A stretch of 63,032 nt of DNA, the filler included, from Reclinomonas americana ATCC 50394 (lineage: Eukaryota): NCBI GenBank assembly GCA_048213135.1. It is 21 parts of 21 records of this genome, joined end to end, with 100 filler letters (N's around TTAATTAATTAA, not from the genome) between each part and the next. Parts side by side here need not be neighbours in the genome. Positions count along the whole stretch, not along the records: positions 13,140 to 14,780 come from AFZH01021881.1; positions 14,881 to 16,742 come from AFZH01021883.1; positions 16,843 to 23,320 come from AFZH01021884.1; positions 23,421 to 25,952 come from AFZH01021885.1; positions 26,053 to 28,926 come from AFZH01021888.1; 16 more parts are not named here. One strand, given 5' to 3'. The translations under genes and the position numbers were made by a program. The notes under the pieces were generated by a model. It was given only the letters and a program-made list of their open reading frames with translations, did no database searches and had not been told where the DNA came from. Shown here one piece after another: positions 13,140 through 27,158 of this stretch. Numbering within the stretch: position 1 is the stretch's first letter; the number at the start of each line of letters is the position of its first letter.

Positions 13140-14470
13140 GGTACGGCAACTCTAGCTGTGATGCCGACGCGGTCGCCTGCGCCTCCAGTGACACCGCCTG
13201 ATCGTGTCGCTGTTGTCGTCGACTGACCAGTTCGCTGTCGCTAATGTGGTGGCGTCGCCGCCCACGACCGCCTCGCGCTGTGCGGCCTCGGTCTCCCTCG
13301 TCGTGTGCATGCCGTTGCCGCTTGTGTGGCGGCTCCAGTGGATCCAACTCGTCATCGTCCAAGTCGTCGCTTCCGTCGCCCTCCATGCTGTCGCTGGAGA
13401 GGCTGCCACTCCCGTCGCTCAAGTAGGCGTCGCCGCGACCGTCACCGCCGTCTACGCCATTGTCGCCAGTAACACGCGTGCCACCCATCCCATCACTGGC
13501 GTTCATGGAAGGCAACACAGAGGCGGCGGAGGGCGTGGTGGTGGTGGTGGCTCTGCCCGCACCAATGAGCCCATGCGATCTCTTGCGTCTACTTGCCCCG
13601 CCACTCTGACGGCGGCGTGCCTGCTCGTACAGCTGCTGCTGCTGCTGATGTTGCGAGGACGAAGAAGAGCGACTGGTGCCACTCGGTGACATCAGCGATG
13701 CGGCGGAGGGGAAAGGTGGCAAGGCGTTGCCCATGGACGGCAATCTCCGATCGGCCAACATTGGTGACGACAAGAAGCCAGCTCCGGCACCGGCAGCCAC
13801 AACCATAGGCGACAGCATATCACCGGGAGAGAGCGCGGTCAGCACCAACTGTCGCTCTGTGCCGAGTGGAGATTGGGTGGCGGCGGCGGCGGCGCTCATG
13901 TCGGCCACACGCACGGGCGAAGGTCCTCCCCATGTGCCCCGAGCCGGCAACGACGCCACTTGGTTCGCCCGCGGCACAGACACCATCGGTATGGCAGCGC
14001 CTTCGCCTCTGCCGCCGCCGCCACCACCACCGCCACTGCGGACACCGCTCGCGGCACTTCCGGCACCAGCTGACGACAGCGCAAATTGTGGCATGGGCAG
14101 CACACGCGACGGATCATTGACACGCGCATACGCTCGTGACGACGACGACGACGATGGTGAAAAGATGGACGACGCAGACTCGAGTGTCAACTTTTGTTGC
14201 TGCTGTTGTTGTTGGTGCAGTTGTTGCTGCTGACGGAGAAAGAGAAGCTGTTGCAGTTGCTGTTGGTACTGCAGATGTTGCTGTTGCAGCACCTGCTCTT
14301 GCTGTTGCTGTTGAAGCAGAAGGAGCTCGTGTTGTTGTTGCTGCTGTTGAGAGGCCAACCACGACTGAGCAGAGGGGTCCAAACGCGACGCAATTGACAA
14401 TTGCATCTGCGAAAAGCGCAGATCTGGTCTGAGCAGTTGATTCGCCGACACGCCCATGCCACCACTCATC
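13140..14470 (-). CDS. Gln/Ser/Gly-rich low-complexity protein, possibly a transcriptional regulator (3' truncated)
   Basis: Long open frame with poly-Q, SP motifs and NLS-like RRKR/PPHKRQR; no recognisable domain; start uncertain. Confidence 0.55.
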
Positions 14471-15081
14471 TCCACAGTCGATCTGCAAGAGGAGAAGAAG
14501 AAGGAGCGAGAGGGGGAAAACCAGCTTGAGAATCTACAAAACGCGTGGCGCACATGCATGCCAAGTTTGGCAACATGACGCCGCCGCCACCACCGCCACC
14601 ACAACCAAGCACAAACCTTCTCCTCGCCTCGGCGTGCGACTCCATGGCGGCAACACTCGGCAGACACGTATCACTCTGCTGCATACCCCCAACGGGAGAA
14701 GCAGCTGGCGCAAATGTGACCCCGCTGGGCGGTGATGCCACAAATCCGCTGTGACCACCACCGGTGTGCCGTGGTGGTTGNNNNNNNNNNNNNNNNNNNN
14801 NNNNNNNNNNNNNNNNNNNNNNNNTTAATTAATTAANNNNNNNNNNNNNNNNNNNNNNNNNNNNNNNNNNNNNNNNNNNNCGCACAGAGAGAGGGGGGGG
14901 GGAGAAAGGGAGGAGGAAGAGGAGAGATGCAGATTGTGTGCTCTGTTTTCGCGCGCGCACGTGTGTGCCACTCCAAATACAGACAAACTTCGATTGGTCG
15001 GCGAAATGACACACGCGAATCCTGTGGCCGCCCCGCCGACACAAAAACAGAGAACAGAGACACACACGCACACAAACCTCC

Positions 15082-15321
15082 ATTTGCTGAGTGGAGCAGT
15101 AGGAGAGAACGGCGGCGACAACGGCGTCTGAGGCCACGTGCATTACGTCGCGCAAGTGCGCGCTGGCAATGTCCTCGGCCTCCACGTCCAACTCCAGCCG
15201 TCGTCGCGACGAGGAAACGGAGGAGGAGGAGGAAGAGGTGGCGGACTCTGCTTGTTGTTGCTGTTGCTGTGGTGGAGTACGAGGTGCAGGAGGTGGTGGT
15301 GGTGGAGTCGATTGCGCCATG
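15082..15321 (-). CDS. First exon of a hypothetical protein (MAQSTPPPPPP...)
   Basis: Coding-like GC content ending at a GT donor that is followed by a (GT)n intron. Confidence 0.35.
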
Positions 15322-15766
15322 GATGCAAACCAGGACGACTGCGAAAAAAGGGAAAATACTGGCAAGTCAGCGACGAGTAATGGAACAAGGCAAATGTGGA
15401 TGGGATACTGCGTGCGCGATGGTACCCAGCTGCGACAGAGGGCGAGAGGGAGGGCGAGAGAGAAAGAGAGAGTGGAGGGAAGAGACAAGTTCGAGAGGGT
15501 TCTGCACAAAACGAATATCGATGTGTTCGCTCTTCGGGGTTCGAGGTCGGAAGGGAAGAAATAATCAAGGGCAAAGAGAGGAGTCGGGGAGGGACTGGCG
15601 CACACATGGGGCATCCATCAGTGCTCTTGTCGCAATGCTGACGCGTTTCGGAAGCGATGAAATAGGAAAACAGTGCCACGAACAATCAAAAATGTACACG
15701 CACACAGACTCGCTTCTACATAAGCACGTACACACGCGGCACTACGCCGTCTTCGTTCCTTGCTCG

Positions 15767-15810
<44 letters not shown>

Positions 15811-16587
15811 ATGTGACCGCGCAACCAGAAAGACGCATGACGAACAAGGAAAACTCCGCGCAATCAAAAACGCAACAGTCTTTTTCCTCTCTCACTCTTT
15901 GTCTCTTTCTCCGTTCTGCCACACATGCATTCACTCCGCGCGCAGGACTTCTCTATCTCACGGCTGTGACACAAGACAGGGACCGCAAGAAAACTCTTCG
16001 GCAATATACCCACAAACAAGGCAACAATGAGGATGTGTGAATAAACTTTGTGCACAAGAGAGAGTACTGTTGCAGACCTGCACAAGATCGCACAAATGAC
16101 GGGGAGGAGAGTGAGAGAGAGTGTGTGTGTGTGTGAGAGAGAGTGAGCGCGCGCAAATCAAGGTGCAGCAGGAAGGCAAGAGAAGAGGAGACTTAGTCCG
16201 TCGGTGACAAAGCAAGCAAGCACGCGAGAGAGACAAGAGTGAGAGATAAGAGTGAGTGAGAGACAGACAAGTCTGGTATCAGAGAGAGTGAGCAGCAAAT
16301 AACGAAGCGCACGAGTGTTGTGAAGACAGCGCACACTCAATAATATGCTCTCTCCCATCAATGAATTGCAGCCACTTCTGCGCCGCCATGCCACACACTC
16401 GCACTCACACACACTTTCTCTCTCACATATGCACACACACACACACACACACATAGACTAGTGAGTGTGTGTGAGGCGAGTGGAGTGATTGAGAGAGTGA
16501 GTGAGAGAACATTGAGTTTGCAACCCGTACACAGTCGATCTTTGTGTGAGTGTGAGTGAGTGAGTGATTGAGAGACAAGGAGTGGGT

Positions 16588-16630
<43 letters not shown>

Positions 16631-18239
16631 TGTATGGTGAAGCTTAACATAGCAAACACACATTATGACGAGAACGGAAAAGAGAGTGTTAAGTGTGCGT
16701 TTGGAGTGTGAGAGTGAGTGAGTATGAGAGAGAGAGAGAGACNNNNNNNNNNNNNNNNNNNNNNNNNNNNNNNNNNNNNNNNNNNNTTAATTAATTAANN
16801 NNNNNNNNNNNNNNNNNNNNNNNNNNNNNNNNNNNNNNNNNNTTCGATCGCTTGTCATGCACTGCACCTTGCTTCTCACTGTTTGCTCAATGCTGCTGCT
16901 ATCTCGGTATTCTGATGCCGAAAACGAACACTGCCAACACACACATTGCCACCACTCCTCACTCTCTGAGTGCGCACCTCCCTCCCCACTCCACCTCTCT
17001 CTCTCTCTCTCTCTTCCTGTTTCTATATTGCCTCATCAACACACACGCATGCACACGCTTTCTGCAACAGCAATGACAGCAGTGGTTTTAGCGTCGAACA
17101 CTCGCAATGTGTGTCCGGACGCACCGCCAAATCCGTATTCACAAACATTTCATCTCACTGTCGTGCGGGCACACATGCACACCGCATAATGCACAGATCT
17201 TGAGTGTGACAGAGAAAGAGGAGAGCGACGACAATGCATGCCCGTGCACGTACAGTCAACATGAGTGACAGTATGTTCAGTGTTTCTCCGCATTGTAGTG
17301 CATCAGGAGACGACAGCGAGGAGGAGGAGGACGAGTGCTGCAAAGCAGTCACATATTCTCTCAGTCACATATGCACGCGCACATGCACACACACAGAGAG
17401 AGAGACAAGTGAGGGGGGCACTGAAAGACGAGCGCCATGTGCACTCATACTCATACTTCACACAAGAGCAACAATCAGTGACTGCAGTGCTGCTGAGAGA
17501 CAGATACCAGGGTGGGGCAGTCGACAGTGCTCTCCACATGCGGGGGTACGTGCGCAAGAGGGAGAAACGTTTCGTGAAGTCATGGCAATGGTTGCACCAC
17601 ACACATCGCACACGCGCGCACACAGAAGACGAATGCATGTAAACGGCCACACCACGTGTGAAGCACGCATACACTGGTGTGCAAAAAGGAGCGAGAAAGA
17701 AAGAGAGAGAGGAGGAGAGGAGAAGAATGAGAACAAGGGAAAAGAGTGTTGCGTCGCACAATATGAGACATGTCGCACCCAAAAGTCATACAGAAACCAC
17801 AGACGACATCATGTACAAGCGATGGAGCGTGTCACCACCAGTGAGGAGAGCAGTGTACCAATCAGAGAGTGTGTGTGAGAGAGAGTGACAGAGGGCAGAC
17901 AGTGCACTGCATCAGTGGTGTGTTTGGGAAGGACATGTCCGCGATTTTGTAATCACGAGAATGAGAGAATGAGAATGAAGAAGACGCAGAGAAAGGCACA
18001 AACACACTAGGGTTGACATGCTGATGCATCGCATCCGTATGCTGACCCACCCCACACAAACCGTGCGCGAGGCAAAGAGAGAATCAGGCAATACGGCCGT
18101 GCAGGGGGTGAAAACCGGCTCGGGAACACAACCAGCGCGCAGACCAGCACAGCAGATACATGGTACGCAAGGAGACGAAGCGTACTTGAAAGGAGGACGC
18201 GCGAGAGAATGACAAAGAGAATGAGAATGCATACATGTC

Positions 18240-19633
18240 TAACATCCGAATGGAGCTGCAAAGCGCTCAGCACGACATTGAAAAGAATCTGCGCATCCGA
18301 GTGCAGCACTGGAGAGTGCCAACGACTGCAGCAAGGAAAACATCGAGCAGAGAGAGAGAGAGAGAGAAACACACACAGAGAGAGAGGGAGAGAGAGAGAA
18401 AGCTGAGTATCAAAGTCTTCAAGTGGCAATACAATACTGACAATGATTGGTGGCACAATCAGCGGCCGCCCATGGCCAGCACACACCAGCGCATACAAGG
18501 AGGAAGCAGAGGAGAAGGAAGCAAAGAAAGAATTGACGTTCGACGATGAGTGGTAACGCACTCACGACAGTGTGCACAGCGAGACCGACAGGCAAAGAGA
18601 GGACGCTGAGAAAGAGACATGTCCTCCCACCGCGGCGTGTACCGCAACAGCAGCACCAACAGCGCGACACAAACAAACAGTGACGGTAGTGACACATCAT
18701 GCCACCCACGCAGGGGAAAACGACACACAAGGAATCTAGCACTGTATGTGACTGAACAGTGTCGGTGGTGTGGTGGCGCCAACCATGGCTGCCTCCTCTC
18801 TCCCTCTCGCTCGCTCGCTGCCTCGAGCTCCCCCACCACTTGCACTATTCGTTGCACTGCTCTCTCTCGCACCCTCATGCAGCCAGCCATGAAGTACAAA
18901 CTCAACTGCGCGTTGCAATGCCGAAAACTCCACAGTCCAAGCTCGACCCGGGCCAAAACGAAGAACCACCACTGCTGCTGCGACACATAAACACACAGAG
19001 AGAAAGGTCGCATGAGACATCAGTGCCTGCTGCTGCGTGTGTTGCTGCTATCCACCAGTTGTACCTGTGTCGCCGTCATCCTCGACACTGGAACTCGTAA
19101 CCGGCGTGACGACAAGGGCAGCTTCCTGCGGCTGCTCGTGCCCGTTCTATTTGATGACTGCCAGTCAGTGCGGAAACCAGCAACCACAGAGGACACAAAG
19201 CCAGAAGAATGGAAGACACTGCCATATATCTCTGTCTCTCTCTCTCTCTCTCTGTTTCCCGCGCGCACAGCACCACTGGTGACGACGATGGTGGTGGTAC
19301 GCATACACAGCAGCAGCAGCAGTGGCATGCTTACACACGCACGCTTGCACACAAACACACACGCGAAGAGGAAGCATCAGTGAAAACCTTCTCATCAATG
19401 TCAATTGCAACATTGGTCTGCTGCTGCTGCTGCTGCTGCTGCTGCAGTTCCTCCGTGGCTGCCTCTTCTTGTTCTTCTTCTCCTCCATCTTCTCCTGCTG
19501 GAGGCGAAGGTGGAGGCGGTGGAGGAGGTGGAGGTGATAGGTGGGGAAGCCCTGGAATGATACTTGGTGGTGCAGTGGTGGTGGTGGAGGAGGAAGGCGA
19601 CTGATCGAGAGTGGACTCGTCGTCGCCGTCCAT
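18240..19633 (-). CDS. Hypothetical multi-exon protein with acidic, Pro- and Gln-rich N-terminus
   Basis: MDGDDESTLDQSP... exon followed by GT-AG-bounded coding-like segments; boundaries uncertain. Confidence 0.35.
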
Positions 19634-20923
19634 GCGTCACAGAGATCTCGCTCTCTCTTTTCGTCGGTTGCACGCACGCAGAGAGGGGGGGGGGAGGAGA
19701 GAGAGAGAGAGGTGCGCACTCTCTCGACACGCACTCAACAAAAGAGGAAGTGGACAATTGTCTGCCAGCGTCGCTGGCGCACACCGCCAATCGTGCAATG
19801 CAGTTTGCCCCGCTCCTTCTTTCACACACTCGCGTGCTAATTAGTGAGCACGTTTTTGTGTGTGTGTGACACAGGGCCCATCTGCATGTGCAAACAGCCC
19901 ATTCGCCTCTCTGTTCGAAGTCACACAAATGCGGCGACAGAGTTTTTTCGTTTACTGTATTGCAGATGCATACAAGAGCGCTGGGGAGGGGTGGAGGGAA
20001 GAGGAGTGCGGCGAGGACAGTGAGCTGAATCTGGCCGAACTTGCCAGCATGATTCATGCAAACTGTGTGCACAAAAGAAGATGGTGATTATGTTATCGAT
20101 TGCAGGCGGAGATAGAGGTACAGTTCCGGAAGATTCTGTACGCATGCAAACTTCTTTTTTGCGACCCGGACGTCCGCCGCGGGCCGGGCTCAGCATCCCT
20201 GATTTGGTGGCTGTTGCAGCAGCAGTGGAACTCTCACTGCATTCCTCGCGCCACGGCTGGTACTGCGTCGTGAGCAATGTGTGGTGGTTCTGGGCGTTCG
20301 CGCGCGCACATGTACACGAGGGAATTTGAGTGCTGTGAGTGTCAGGAGTACGCAAAAATGAAAAACAAGCTCGACATTGTGTGTGAGAACTAGCCAGAAA
20401 AAGCAGATACGGGAGGCACTGTTTCCTGCATTGTTCGCAGTCACTGTCAGCTGGATGAGGCGTGCGAGCAGAGGGCAACGAGAGCGAGAGGGAAGGGAAG
20501 AAGAGGGGGGAGGAAGGGGAAGCAGACAGAGATAGAGAGAGAGAGAGAGGCAGACAAATGGAGTTTGCGGGAAGCAAAGAAGCGAAAGAAGGAAGAAGAA
20601 CGGGCAAGGGCAATGCGTCGAAGACTGCACGCATGCAATGAGCGTCTTCTCTCTCCGTCTCCCTCGCTCACACGCATTGCAGGAGAACATGTCGTGGTGA
20701 ACAAGTGTTGCAACAAACTGCCGATCGTGATTTAATAATGCAAGCAGTCTGTCTACCATATCATAGATATACGTAGGTAGGCAACAAAGCACACGCACAC
20801 GCAGGTGGTGGTGGTGTGACACAAGAATGGATAAACAAATGTGCAGCAGCACAGACGAAAATGGAAAAACGAGAGAAACAGAAAGAAACACAAATGCAAT
20901 GACCCCCAGAGAATGCCAAACTC

Positions 20924-22115
20924 TTATTCGTCCCAGTCGACCACGGACACGTCGTCGCAGGTGGACGAGCCGGAGGAGCGCGGCGAGTCCGACTCCTCGG
21001 CTGCCGCACCCTCCTCACTGTCGTCCTCCTCCTCCTCCGATGACCGGTCGCAACAGGCCGACGACAAGTCGTCAGCGGCGGTGACGCCAGCACGCGAAGC
21101 CAAAATCGTGCGTCGCACCTCCTCGAAGCGCTCGGCACAGTCGGTGCATGAGCACGGCGAAATGTCGTTGGCGACAAAAAGCTCCGCGAACCGAGTGGGC
21201 TGTTTTTTTCACCATTTGATAAGCGGACAAATCTAATCACACACTCATGGGGCGACGACACATCAACACACACACACACACACCTTGTTCTCCGCGTCGA
21301 CGGCAAAGATGAAATCCTCAAGCATGGTAGCATGCAGAGTGAAATCCCACGGCGTCTCCAGCAGCGGCGTGTACAGGCCGGGCGGGAAGTCGTCCTCGGT
21401 ATCCGCCGTCGTGTACGAGAGCAGACCGTGCGAGTAGACCTCCTCGCAGTCGTCGAGGCCGTGCTCGGCCACCCAGTTGAAGTAGGGCGAGTCGGCGGCC
21501 GTCGGGTACAAGTGGCGCGACACGTACTGCCAGTACGAGCTCATAAACAGGCGCAGCATGGAGGTGCGGATGCTCGTCGGCTTCTCCGACAAGCGAGCCG
21601 CGCGGCACGGGCGCACAATGAGCAGATAGTCAAAGCACGGCGTGGCGCGACCCGGCAGGATCGGAGTAATGTACGGCACGTCCACCATCATGAAGCCGAG
21701 GTCGGCAAAGTACTTTTGGCGGTGCGCCGTCGGGTACACGCCGTCCTCGACCGACATGCCGTGCGTCTCGGCGAAAATCGCCTCCAACTCGGGGTGCGCC
21801 GCCTCGAGCATCTGCACGGCTGTGTCAAACAGCTTCTTGCCGATTCTGAGATGACGAGAGGGAGAACAAGTCAGCAACACACGATGAGGAGAGGCGGGGG
21901 AATATATAGACGCACCCCATTCCACGAGTCTTGGCCGAGACGACGACATAAGCCAGCAGAGCCGACTTGCAGTTCGGGTGGTACTCGAAATGAATACCTC
22001 CCAGCACCTCACTGTCGCCGCGGAGGCAGACAAAGAGGTGCGAGGCCGTCTCGTTGTCGTACGGCGCCTGCGACAGGAGCATGCGCTGGAACGACTCCAG
22101 TTGGTCAAACTGCAC
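20924..22115 (-). CDS. GNAT-family N-acetyltransferase-like protein (5' exons uncertain)
   Basis: VLGGIHFEY..ALLAYVVVSAKTRGMG|IGKKLF is acetyl-CoA-binding motif A split by an intron; AIFAET; YFADLGF; acidic C-terminal exon. Confidence 0.75.
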
Positions 22116-24009
22116 AGGCACAAAGACAAACTCGTGAGTGACATCTCGACACGCCAGCAAGCATCAGTGTGTGTGTGTGTGCGATTCCCTCAGCTCACTC
22201 CGCCCCCCTATTAGTCACGCACAAACAAAAAAAGTGCAAAACACCGTGCAAGGAACAAAACACAAAAAGTAATCGACCACTACCTTCTGCCGTGCTCACG
22301 CGCGTGTTGTGGGGGTTGTGCTATCATGTGTGGGGTGTGGATGTCACAAACCGCCCCAGGAGAGAGGAGGGGGGATATGGTCTCAAATCACCAACCGCCG
22401 CCGCCGCCACTCGTGCGGTGGAAAACACACACACACGAGTGGGGGCCGGGGAAGCACGTATGCAACATCAGGCAACAGCGCTTCCCCACTCTCACGTCTC
22501 CCTGCCAAGCACACCATGTTTTTCTCTCACACCATCGTGACATCTCCTCCTCCGCCTCCTCTCTCACTCACTCCTCTCCTCTCCTCCACTCGCTTTCTCA
22601 CGAGAAGTGAAAAATAGTGGAGTGAGAAGAGGAGAGCGAGATAGAGAGAAAGAGAGAGAGAGCCACGAGTGGGTGATTTCACACCATGGAAAGTCAAAAA
22701 AACATGGAACACCAGAGCAGGGGAGGAAGACGCAGTCTCCTCTCTCACCCTCACCAAAAAAGCACGCAAGTCATGGTTTTTCGGTCCGCGTCTCTTTCGA
22801 GAACACGGAAAAGCGAGGCCATTCCACCAACAACATGGTGGAATGGAGGGGGATAGAGAGAGCGCAGAAAGAAGAATAAGGAATCTAATCAGGTCGATGT
22901 CGACCTGACAGAATCACGGAATCAAAAAGTAGGGGAATTCACAGTGCGTGTGGTGGGTGCGGGCGCCAAATAACACACACAGAGTGTCAAAAAACCAGTG
23001 GAAAGGAAAAGGGGGGAAAAAGGGGGGGCATGTCATCGCCGCGCCGCCATCATGTTCTTCTCACAGCCGAACGAAACGAGCAACAATCACTCTGCTTGGT
23101 GGGGGGAGGGGAGGGGGGAGAGAAGAGAGGAGAGAGACACACCGCACCGACGCCCAAAAAGGCTGGGGAAAACATCGGGGTGATCGCGGAACAACACAAC
23201 ACAAACGAAGAAGCAAAAAAAAAACAGCACTAGATTCGATTCGCTCACTCTCACGCCGTGTCGCATGACAACGACGAAAGAGAGACATAAATCTCTTCTC
23301 GCACTGCCTCTTTTCTTCTTNNNNNNNNNNNNNNNNNNNNNNNNNNNNNNNNNNNNNNNNNNNNTTAATTAATTAANNNNNNNNNNNNNNNNNNNNNNNN
23401 NNNNNNNNNNNNNNNNNNNNGAAGAAAGCAAAAGCGGTGGTGGACAGAGCGAGCAATAACGGTTCGGGGTTGTTTTGTCCATTGTTCCGGAGACGGAGGA
23501 AACGGCACGTGGCGAGAGGAAAGAAACTGCCTGACGGGTTATGGGGAAGGAGTGACACGAAAGGGGAATGGAGGGGAAGAGGGTGGGGGAAGGAGATTTG
23601 ATGATTTCGAACAAATCGATCACGGACAAGTGCGGCGCGCGCGCTTTGCTTGCAGTTGCAACTGGCTTTGCTTTCTGGAAGCGAACTGTTATTTTGTTGT
23701 GTGCGACCAGCGAATGTATCATTATCTTGGCGTGGTTGCAATCGACAAGGAATTCGTCGAACTGTGGTGAACAAATTGTGAGCTTCCCACACTGCTGCTG
23801 GTCTGCGTACCTGCAAGCAACAATTCATCCACCACAACAGCAGTGTCGATGGCTTTGCTCAACCGTATCCAAAACATCAACACAAACGCCAGTCTTGAGG
23901 CAGCAGCAGACAAGGCAGCTGCAGACAAACAAGACATTGACACCTTTCGTGTGCATAACCTTTCACCTCACCCGGAGCCTTACATTTACGCGCGCGCCCT
24001 CTCTCCGTG

Positions 24010-25475
24010 TCACCATGTTGGTGACGAGTGCAAGAACAACGATTTCTCCTCGTTCTCCAACCACGTCTTGATGCGCTTGCACGACTCCATCGCCTCGGGT
24101 CGGTCCACGAACGGCGAAAAGGTGGCAAACATGGTGAAATCGCGCCGCCGCCAAATCACAATCGTCTCGCTCTCCGTCACGCGGCACATGAAGCGGTGCT
24201 CCGCGGCCTCCAGACTAAAGTACAGGTCGGCGTACTGGCGAAGCAGTCTACGTACATGCACAGTTGGAGAAAGGAGAAGAGAGAAGAGAGAGAGAGAGCA
24301 AGTTTGTCAACAAGTACCTCTTGGCCTCCGACGGGTCGCTGAATGGCGGGTCGAAGCGAGGGGCCGTGAACTGCAGCGTGTCCTCGTTCTTGTACACAAA
24401 GTGTCGCAGCTCGCGGATGCCCAGGTCGCCTGCAGAAGGGGGAAGGGAGGAAAGGAGGAAAGGGGGATGAGTGGAGGGAAGAGAGAGAGAGCAGAGAAGA
24501 GATGAAAAGCGAGTGACAGGGAAATGAGAGTACAGAGACCACAGGAAGTGGGTAATGTCGCTGGAAAGGAGAGAGAGAAGAGGTGGCTGAGAAGAGAGAA
24601 GAGATACGAGAAAATTACGAGCGAGGAGTGAGGAATGGAGATGAGAAAAGAAGTGGAAACAAGGAGAGGGGAAAGGGAGAGGGAATGAGAGGCACGAATG
24701 GAGAGAGCGAGAGAGAAAGGCAATAATAGGCGATGAAGAGGCGGAGAACTCAAGGACGACCGAACGCTGACACAAACAAGAGAGGGCGGGAGACAAATGG
24801 CGTTTCTAGTAGCACTCACTCATGTCGCCAAATATTCGAGCACAACGAGCACACCCAACACTCTGCTGACACACTTGCAACTACTAATTCATTTAGCTGG
24901 TACACTCCACGAGCTTATCGACGTCCTCTCTGTTCTCACTCGTGCTATTGTGTTGGCGTAGTCTTGCCCCTTAAGACGATGCAGTATGTTCACTCGGTGC
25001 TCTCAAGCGTATATTTGCTGCTCACAAATCGACCTTTCACGACGCACGCTGGCGGATGCATCTTTACGACTACAGTTGAGCACGCAAATCCTCTGTTCTC
25101 ACCATATACTCGCTCCTCTCAACCCAACACACTGAACGCCGTCACTCCATCTCCCTTTCCCTCCCAATCCCTCCCCCTGCACCACCACGCAACGAGCACT
25201 GTAGTCATCCTCATCCTTCGACTGCACAATCGCCTCAAAGAGTCCCGTGTCGTACAGACCGCTGACAATCTGCTCACGCGCCGCGCTAATGTGCTCGAAA
25301 TACTCGGGATCGCCCGACTTGGAGATCAGCATGAGGCACACTTCGGGGGCGATGAACTCGACAAACGCCCACAAGAAGCCGGTGGAGAAGACGTGCGGTA
25401 CACAGATGGGTGTCCATGTGACGGCGTGCTGCATCGACTGACTGCTGTTGATGAAGTTCATGATCAACAGGAAGT
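24010..25475 (-). CDS. MON1: Vacuolar fusion protein Mon1/SAND (Rab7 GEF subunit), 3' exons
   Basis: DFLLIMNFINSSQS..TWTPICVP..TGFLWAFV; ELRHFVYK..QFTAP; FATFSP..IKTWLENEEKSLF match Mon1 longin domains 2-3. Confidence 0.85.
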
Positions 25476-25850
25476 CTGTGAGGGGAAGGGGCGGAGGGGG
25501 AGTGAGTACATTGGACAAGGAGAGTGTGTATGTGAGGGGAGGGAGGGAGGGGGAGGGAGAGAGAGGGGAGAGAGAGAAAGAAAGAGAGTGAATCTCGCAG
25601 ATGCAATTGTTGTGTGCGGTTGAGAGACAGAAAGAATGTAGCGCGCGCGTTATCGTGCGTGAGTGAGCGTGTGTGCTGCTGTGTTAAGGGAAAGGGAGAG
25701 AGCGCGTGTGAGATAACTGAGCCACACTGTTGCGTGCAACCGCGAGTGAGACAGTGGATGATTCATGTGCGCGTCAGAGACAGAATGAAAACAGTGGGCG
25801 CATGGCGTAGATATGAGGGTGAGTGACAGAGCGTGCGCGAGTGGGCGTGG

Positions 25851-25952
<102 letters not shown>

Positions 25953-26199
25953 NNNNNNNNNNNNNNNNNNNNNNNNNNNNNNNNNNNNNNNNNNNNTTAA
26001 TTAATTAANNNNNNNNNNNNNNNNNNNNNNNNNNNNNNNNNNNNNNNNNNNNAATTGTGGAAGGCTTTGTTTTCAGCATGCAGCAGCTGCAACTTGCATT
26101 TCTGTGTGGTGATCGCGGTGGTGGAGTGGAAACCGTCGCTAACCTGCGCTTTCAATTTCGAAATCGCGGATCAACAGTGCCACCGCTCACGATGACCGC

Positions 26200-27033
26200 G
26201 TTCATTGTGTTTCTGATGATGCAGAGGGAGGAATGCACGCGGCAGTGGTGCTGCTAACCTGCTTACGGCAAGGGTGTGCAGTGAATACTGTCCTCGAGCT
26301 CGCGAAGGAACGGATTGAAGCCGAAACGGCGAGGCCTAGGGCAGCCAAAAAGAGGGTCGTCTTCGTCCATGTCTTCCAGATCGTCGCTGTCATCATCCTC
26401 GCGGGTTGGGCGCATCCGCTTTCGGCACTCACAAGCTAAACGGAGAACCTGAATTTGCAGCAGGCGAATCAGATTGGCAAACGGCGTGGCCGCGTCTTCA
26501 CCTTCGTCCTCCGGCGCCTCGCGCGGCTTAGCCATCTGCATGACCTCGTCGGCAGTCAGCTGCTCTTGGGAGCCTGGCCACAGATATCGCTCCAGTCGCT
26601 TCAACGAACCCATCAGGCGTTGCAGATATTCGAAATCGTCAAAGAAGCGCCTGCTGAAGGTTTCCGGTCGCATGAGCCACGAAGAGCTCGAGACAATGTC
26701 CTCCGCTCCTCTCGGTAGACAGGCGTCGCGCAGCACCTGCCTGATGGCCGCTACCATGCCACGGTAGTCGCCAGAGTGAAAGAGTGCGGCCTGTGCAGGT
26801 GTGTGAGAGAGCAGCGCTCTGTGCGTGCGCAGTGACCCAGCTCACTCACCACAGGTGAAAGTGGTGCATCGTCAGTGTGTGCTGCAGAAGAGGGCGCAGG
26901 AACTGGCTCGGAGCGCTCACCCATTCTTGGAAACCGCGTTATGTAAATTCTCGTCCTGCACACATCCCGAACTTCACAAGCGCAGGTTGCACTGGGAATG
27001 TCGCTGCAAAATGGGGAGCACCTTCTCCACCAT
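26200..27033 (-). CDS. Hypothetical multi-exon protein
   Basis: Coding-like exons (MVEKVLPILQRHSQCNLR; AALFHSGDYRGMVAAIRQVLRD...), divergent from the + strand gene starting at 27159. Confidence 0.4.
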
Positions 27034-27158
27034 TCACAATGTTTGCAGTCTGCAGCGAGGAGAAGGAGACAAAGCAGAACACTTTATTCTCCACATACCG
27101 AACAAACAACCAATACAACAGCGAAAATACACTCTCTCTCATTCTCTCTCTCTCATTC

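Noticed and set aside
15330..18200. Many short ORFs in the GA/GT-rich region
   Set aside because: Low-complexity sequence with no consistent coding signal or recognisable domain.
21209..21211. In-frame TGA in the GNAT gene suggesting readthrough, selenocysteine or an alternative code
   Set aside because: Using the downstream aaacag acceptor places the TGA in the intron and keeps the frame (ENK|PTR).
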